The translations under genes and the position numbers were made by a program. Of a stretch of DNA of 64,000 bases, positions 59,445-64,000 are shown in pieces. The notes under the pieces are model-generated. The model saw only the letters and a program-made list of their open reading frames with translations. It made no database searches and had not been told where the DNA came from. Position 1 is the stretch's first letter; each line of letters begins with the position of its first letter. Origin of the DNA: Squalus acanthias (Eukaryota); the NCBI GenBank assembly GCA_030390025.1, contig CM059432.1, positions 86,740,001 through 86,804,000 on the forward strand. Reading direction: 5' to 3'.

Positions 59445-59830
59445 GCCGGCCGGCCTGGCCTGCCCCGCCCCCCGGACCCCCCTTCACCCGGCACCCAATT
59501 GAAGCGCCAGCTCCGCTCTCACATCATGGCCGATCTCCGCCGTAAACCCGCCAGCCTCTGCCGGCCGCGAACATTCCGCCGCCGACACGCGGAGGCCGCA
59601 GGCAGCGCCGAACCCTGAGCGCCCCACGGCCCCGCTGGCCAGTCGGCCGCCCCCCCGCGGGGTCGCGCCCCGGGTCCTACCTGCTCTAGGGAGAGACCCT
59701 AGAAACGGCTCCAACATCGGCAAACACTAAAGAGAAGTGCCACCGGGGGGGGGGCGCCCGCCACTGCTGCCCTCCCGCGCCGCCTCAAGTCCATCAGTCT
59801 CCTCCGCCGCATTTAAATAGAAAAGCCCCG
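59440..59830 (-). promoter_or_regulatory. CpG-island promoter and non-coding first exon(s) of the minus-strand host gene
   Basis: Only non-repeat CpG-dense region; GC boxes; TATTTAAAT on minus at ~59811-59819; candidate donors CAG|GTAGGA (59680) and CGG|GTGAAG (59487), each followed by intronic G-runs. Confidence 0.65.
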
Positions 59831-60189
59831 CTTGTTCTTGCCCATATAATTCTGATGTCTATTTCTATTTCAATCATTTTTTCTCCAGGTATTTATGCCT
59901 GGACTCTCCTCTCTTCAAATTCCTACCCCCCCCCCCCCCCCCTCCAACATACATGTGTATTAAAATGGTCGAGTCCGGTTACTCGCCCCTCCCCCTCCAT
60001 CCCCAATCGGAGGCTCAGGCTGAAGCTGGCGCCACCTACAACAGGGCAATCATTGGGATCTCTGCAGGTTTAGAATTATTTTCAGTAACTCAGCATATCG
60101 CATAAAGGTTAAGAAATACCATACCTGGAGCCCTCAGACTTTTCTGGCACATGGAAGGGAGAGAGGATAAAGATCTCAGTTTGTCAGCC

Positions 60190-61755
60190 ACAAACTAAAA
60201 AAAACCCTCAACCTCTCTGCCTTGCAAACCACTGTTCCATCTCCAATTTCCTCTTCAAAGTTGTTGAATGTGTTGCTAACTCCCAAATCCGTGCCCATGT
60301 TTCCTACAACTGAGTCTCTCCAATCAAATTGTTGTCCCTGCTACAGCATTGAAATGGCGCTAATCAGTCACAAATTAGAATCATTGAATGGTTACAGCAC
60401 GGAAGGCGGCCATTCGGCCTGTCGCGCCACTGCCGGCTCTCTGCAAGAAAGTCCCACTCCCCCGCCCTTTCCCCGTAGCCCTGCAAATTAGGTACTTATC
60501 CAACTCCCTTTTGAAAGCCGTGATCGAGTCTGCACCACCTCCAACACCCTTTCAGGCAGTGCATTCCAGATCCTAACCACTCGCTGAGTAAAAAAGTTTT
60601 CTCTCATGTCGCCTTTGGTTCTTCTGCCAATCACCTTAAATCTGTGTCCTCTGGTTCTTGACCCTTCTGCCAATGGGAACAGTTTCTATCTACTCTGTCC
60701 AGACCCCTCATGATTTTGAACACCTCTATAAAATTGCATCCTCTGTGACTGTGACCCTCTTTGTCCTCTTCAATCTCTCTGCAGCATTTGACACGGTCGA
60801 CCGTACCATTCTGCTCCAACACGTCTCCGTTCTCCAGCTGAATAAAACCGCTCTCGCTTGAATCCACTTTTACCTATCCTATTGCAACCAAAGCATTTCC
60901 AGCAATAGCTTCTCTCCCTGCCTCTACATCATTACCTCTGGAATCCCCCCAAGGATCTGTTGTTCTCTTTCCCCACCCCACACTCATCTAAATTTTTAAA
61001 TATTCATTCATGGGATGTGGGCATTGCTGGCAAGGCCAGCATTTATTGCCCATCCCTAATAATGCTGCCCATCATCCACAAACATAGGCTCAGCTTCCCC
61101 ATATACGCTGACAAAAGCTCTACCTCCACCACCTTTCTCAACCTTTCCACATCCTCTGTTATCAGACTGCTTGTCAAATATCGAGTCTTGGATAAATTAT
61201 AAATTCCTTCAGTTACGCATTGGGAAGACTGAAGCCATTGTCTTCGTTCCCCAACTCCATGGATTCGGCACTGATTCCACCTTCCCCCACCCCCCAACCA
61301 ACTCCAGTCATTGTCTCAGACTGAACCAAACTGTTTGCAATTTCACCTTCCTATTCGACCTGGAGCTTTGTTTTTGATCCTGTATTCGTTCTATCACAAA
61401 TATTGCTTAATTTCTCTTCCATAACATTCACTGCCTCCACCCCTGCCTCAGCCCAATGCTGCTGAAACCCACATCTATGCCTCGCCATCTCCAGGCTCAA
61501 TGACTCCAATGCTCTCATCCACCACCCTCCATAAACTTCAGCTCATCCAAAATGCTGCAGCCCATATCCTATCCTGCAACAAGTCTCATTCATATGTCAC
61601 CCCTGTCCTTGCTGACCTACATTGGTTCTCAATCCCCCAATGCCTCCAATTTAATATTTTCATCCTTGTGTTTAAATCCCTTCATAGCCTTAGGCCTCCC
61701 GATTTCTGTATCCTCCTCCAGCTCTGCAATACCCCTCCCGAATTTCCATTCTTCT
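60190..61755 (+). mobile_element. Old L2-clade LINE RT region with nested CR1 and SINE/LINE tail
   Basis: LSAAFDTVD, GIPQGS, FLQLRIGKTEAIVF, LQLIQNAAA, TPVLADLHW. Confidence 0.85.
60375..60733 (-). mobile_element. CR1 3' end nested in L2
   Basis: SRTRGHRFKVIG...FFTQRVVRIWNALP. Confidence 0.88.
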
Positions 61756-61756
61756 G

Positions 61757-62175
61757 ATGTGAAAGAGCAGTGAGATTTGGGAGTTCAGATTGACAAGAAA
61801 TTTAGAGCAGAATCTCACATCTGTATCGATAGAAAGATTTTTTTCTAGTAATTGAGGGGTCTCAAATAAGGGGACATAGATGTAAGATTAAGAGTAAGGG
61901 ACAGAGAGCAGGAGAAACTTTTTTACTCACTCAGAGGGTGTGAGGCTTTTAAATGTACTCTAGAGTTAGTGATTGAAGCAGAGATCATATTTAATAATAT
62001 TTAATCCATTTAATAATAGATTACATAGGTGGTTGGAGGAAAGGAGAACAAAGGGTTATAAGAATAGAGTGGGCACATGGGATTAGGACCACTGCTTGTA
62101 TGGAGGATATACATTAACGTTACTGGTTGAGCCAAACGGCCTGTCTCCATGTTGTAATTTCTATGTAATTTTATG
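61757..62175 (+). mobile_element. Degenerate CR1 3' end
   Basis: AGGGGACATAGAT.TAAG, CAGAGGGTGTGAGG, TTTCTATGTAATTTTATG tail. Confidence 0.65.
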
Positions 62176-62182
62176 ACCTAGT

Positions 62183-62298
62183 TTTTCCTACATTACAACA
62201 GTGGTTACACTTCAAAAGCACTTCATCGTCTGTGAAACACTTTGGGGCATCCTGAGGTTGTGAAAGGCACTATATAAATGCATTTGTTCTTTGTTCTT
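62183..62298 (+). mobile_element. DeuSINE 3' tail
   Basis: TTTCCTACATTACAACAGTG...GAAAGGCACTATATAAATGCA. Confidence 0.75.
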
Positions 62299-63034
62299 CT
62301 ATGCTTGCACTAAGCCAGTACCAAAATTTTGTTTCAAATAACAGACAGGACTAATTTTCTCTTTCACAAATTGTCTCTCCCAGTTTTCTCTCCTGTCCAC
62401 CCTTTTAAGCATTGACCAATTGCCAGGGTACAGTTGCATAGGTGGTAGTTACTGTTTGGTCTTCACCCAGGTGGCCATCTGTAAACCTTGGTAGTGAGTG
62501 TTGACTTTTGTTAATATTTGGTTTTAAAGGACTTAGATATCCTGAACATACATTTATGGATTAAAATAAACCTAACCGCTGTCTATTCACTATTTGTTTT
62601 GCAAGGCAATGTGCTCCGTCTGAGAAGTTATCTTATGGTGACGATTGATTTCAGAAAGTAATTTAAAACTACTGTAAACGAAGTTAGAGATTATATTGTT
62701 GTAAAAGTAACCATCATTCTTTAGAGTTGCATTAAAAAGAACAGCAAGAGTTTTGATGAGGTTTTGGCAGTAATTATGTAAATTTTATATATCTCTTGCC
62801 AAATCTTCATCACGTGTTGTGTAAATATTATGTGCAATTCATGCCAGGGTACAATTCCACTGGCACCAGCAGCTGCCTGGGACCTCACGTAAGTGGACTG
62901 CACATACAATACAATGCCTGCTGAAGAACTGCTCTGTGGCTTCACACCACCCCCAAACTCCAGTAGTTAAGCAATGATTATTTTGCAGGGATACTGGACA
63001 TGGAAATTTCAGAAATGTACATGTAAAACGGTGC

Positions 63035-63760
63035 ATAGAATTATATAGAATATACAGCAGAAAAACAGGCCATTTGGCCTAACTGGTCTCCACACGAGCC
63101 TCCTCCCACTCTAATTACCTCTGCTCACTCTGCTTCGTATCCCTCTATTCTCTTCTCCCTCATGTATGCATCAGGCCTCCCTTAAATGTATCAATGTTAT
63201 CATGTGACAGCGAGTTCCACATTCTCACTACAGTCTGTAAAGAAATTCCTCCTAAATTCTTTATTTGATCTGTTAATGGCTATCATATATTTATGCAACC
63301 TTGTTCTGGACTCACCCACAAGTGAACAGTTTCTCCACCTCCAACCTATGAAACCCCTTCATAATTTTAAAGACCTCTATGAAGTCTCCTCTTTTCAAGA
63401 GAAAAGAACCCTAGCCTGCTCAATCTTTCCTCTTCGTTGCATCCTCTCAATTCTGGCAACATCCTTGTAAATCTTTTCTGTACTTTTTCCAGTACTTCAA
63501 TATCCTTTTTGTAATAGAGACCAGAACTGCACACAGTACTCCAAATATGGTCTAACCAGTGTTCTATAAACATTTACCTTTGTGCTTTTATATTCTATTC
63601 CACTAAAAATAAACCCCAGTACTTTGTTTACACTCTTCATGGCCTTATCAACTTATGTTGCTACTTTTAGCGATTTATGTATCTGTATTCTCATAGCTCT
63701 GGGCTCCTCAACCCCATTTAGTTTCCTACCTTCCAAGGAATAAGTGGCCTCCTTATATAG
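63035..63760 (-). mobile_element. CR1 3' portion
   Basis: [23 protein letters not shown]...FSLEKRRL. Confidence 0.85.
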
Positions 63761-64000
63761 CCTAATAAATAGAAGTCTAGATTACAGTTTTTACAGATTT
63801 TGTCTTTTGGCACATTCTTTCTCAGCCTATCCTTGGTGTTATGATCATTTTCTTTTAAACATGTTTCTTTTTATTGTTTTCCTGAAGTTGGTGACTCCTG
63901 CTGGAGTGAGGTTCCTGGGCACACCCAAACCTTGCTCAAATGCCCATTTTCATACATGATCCCAGACAACAAGAGTTGGGAAGTCGTTTGACAATGGGAA

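Noticed and set aside
59122..59723. Pro/Ser- and Gly/Arg/Glu-rich ORFs over the CpG island
   Set aside because: Low-complexity products of the purine tract and GC richness; no recognisable domain.
62848..62888. Possible plus-strand exon ending CAC|GTAAGT for a divergent gene
   Set aside because: No polypyrimidine tract before the AG, upstream frames closed, peptide unrecognised; insufficient support.

Overview
Eukaryotic, AT-rich, repeat-dominated vertebrate DNA, most likely from a cartilaginous fish (inferred from SacSINE1/DeuSINE-like SINEs and abundant CR1 and L2 LINEs). No prokaryotic genes, rRNA, tRNA genes or CRISPR are present, and almost all listed ORFs are transposon relics or their antisense shadows. 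The window appears to be the ~56-57 kb first intron of an unidentified minus-strand host gene: a CpG-island promoter and first exon(s) at ~59.4-59.8 kb, and a start-codon exon at 2709-2919 encoding an S/T/P/A-rich N-terminus (MAQVKVQTAVNLSG...). The intron holds nested elements: many CR1 LINEs (several with SGNH-esterase ORF1), L2 LINEs, a Mag-type Gypsy element, a solo LTR, a young RTE LINE inside a hAT-Charlie/Buster transposon, tRNA-derived SINEs and PIF/Harbinger-like MITEs with 3-bp TSDs. The main highlights are: (1) two unrelated families of ~125-215 bp Penelope-type fold-back insertions carrying minimal hammerhead ribozyme motifs, one with an intact core at 17540-17579; (2) a permuted Gypsy provirus whose missing integrase core lies upstream of its own PBS-bearing LTR; (3) three ~740-bp MITEs within 3.6 kb, with covarying internal hairpins and a near-identical inverted pair. 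All family names are pattern recognition by eye, and boundaries of old elements are approximate.
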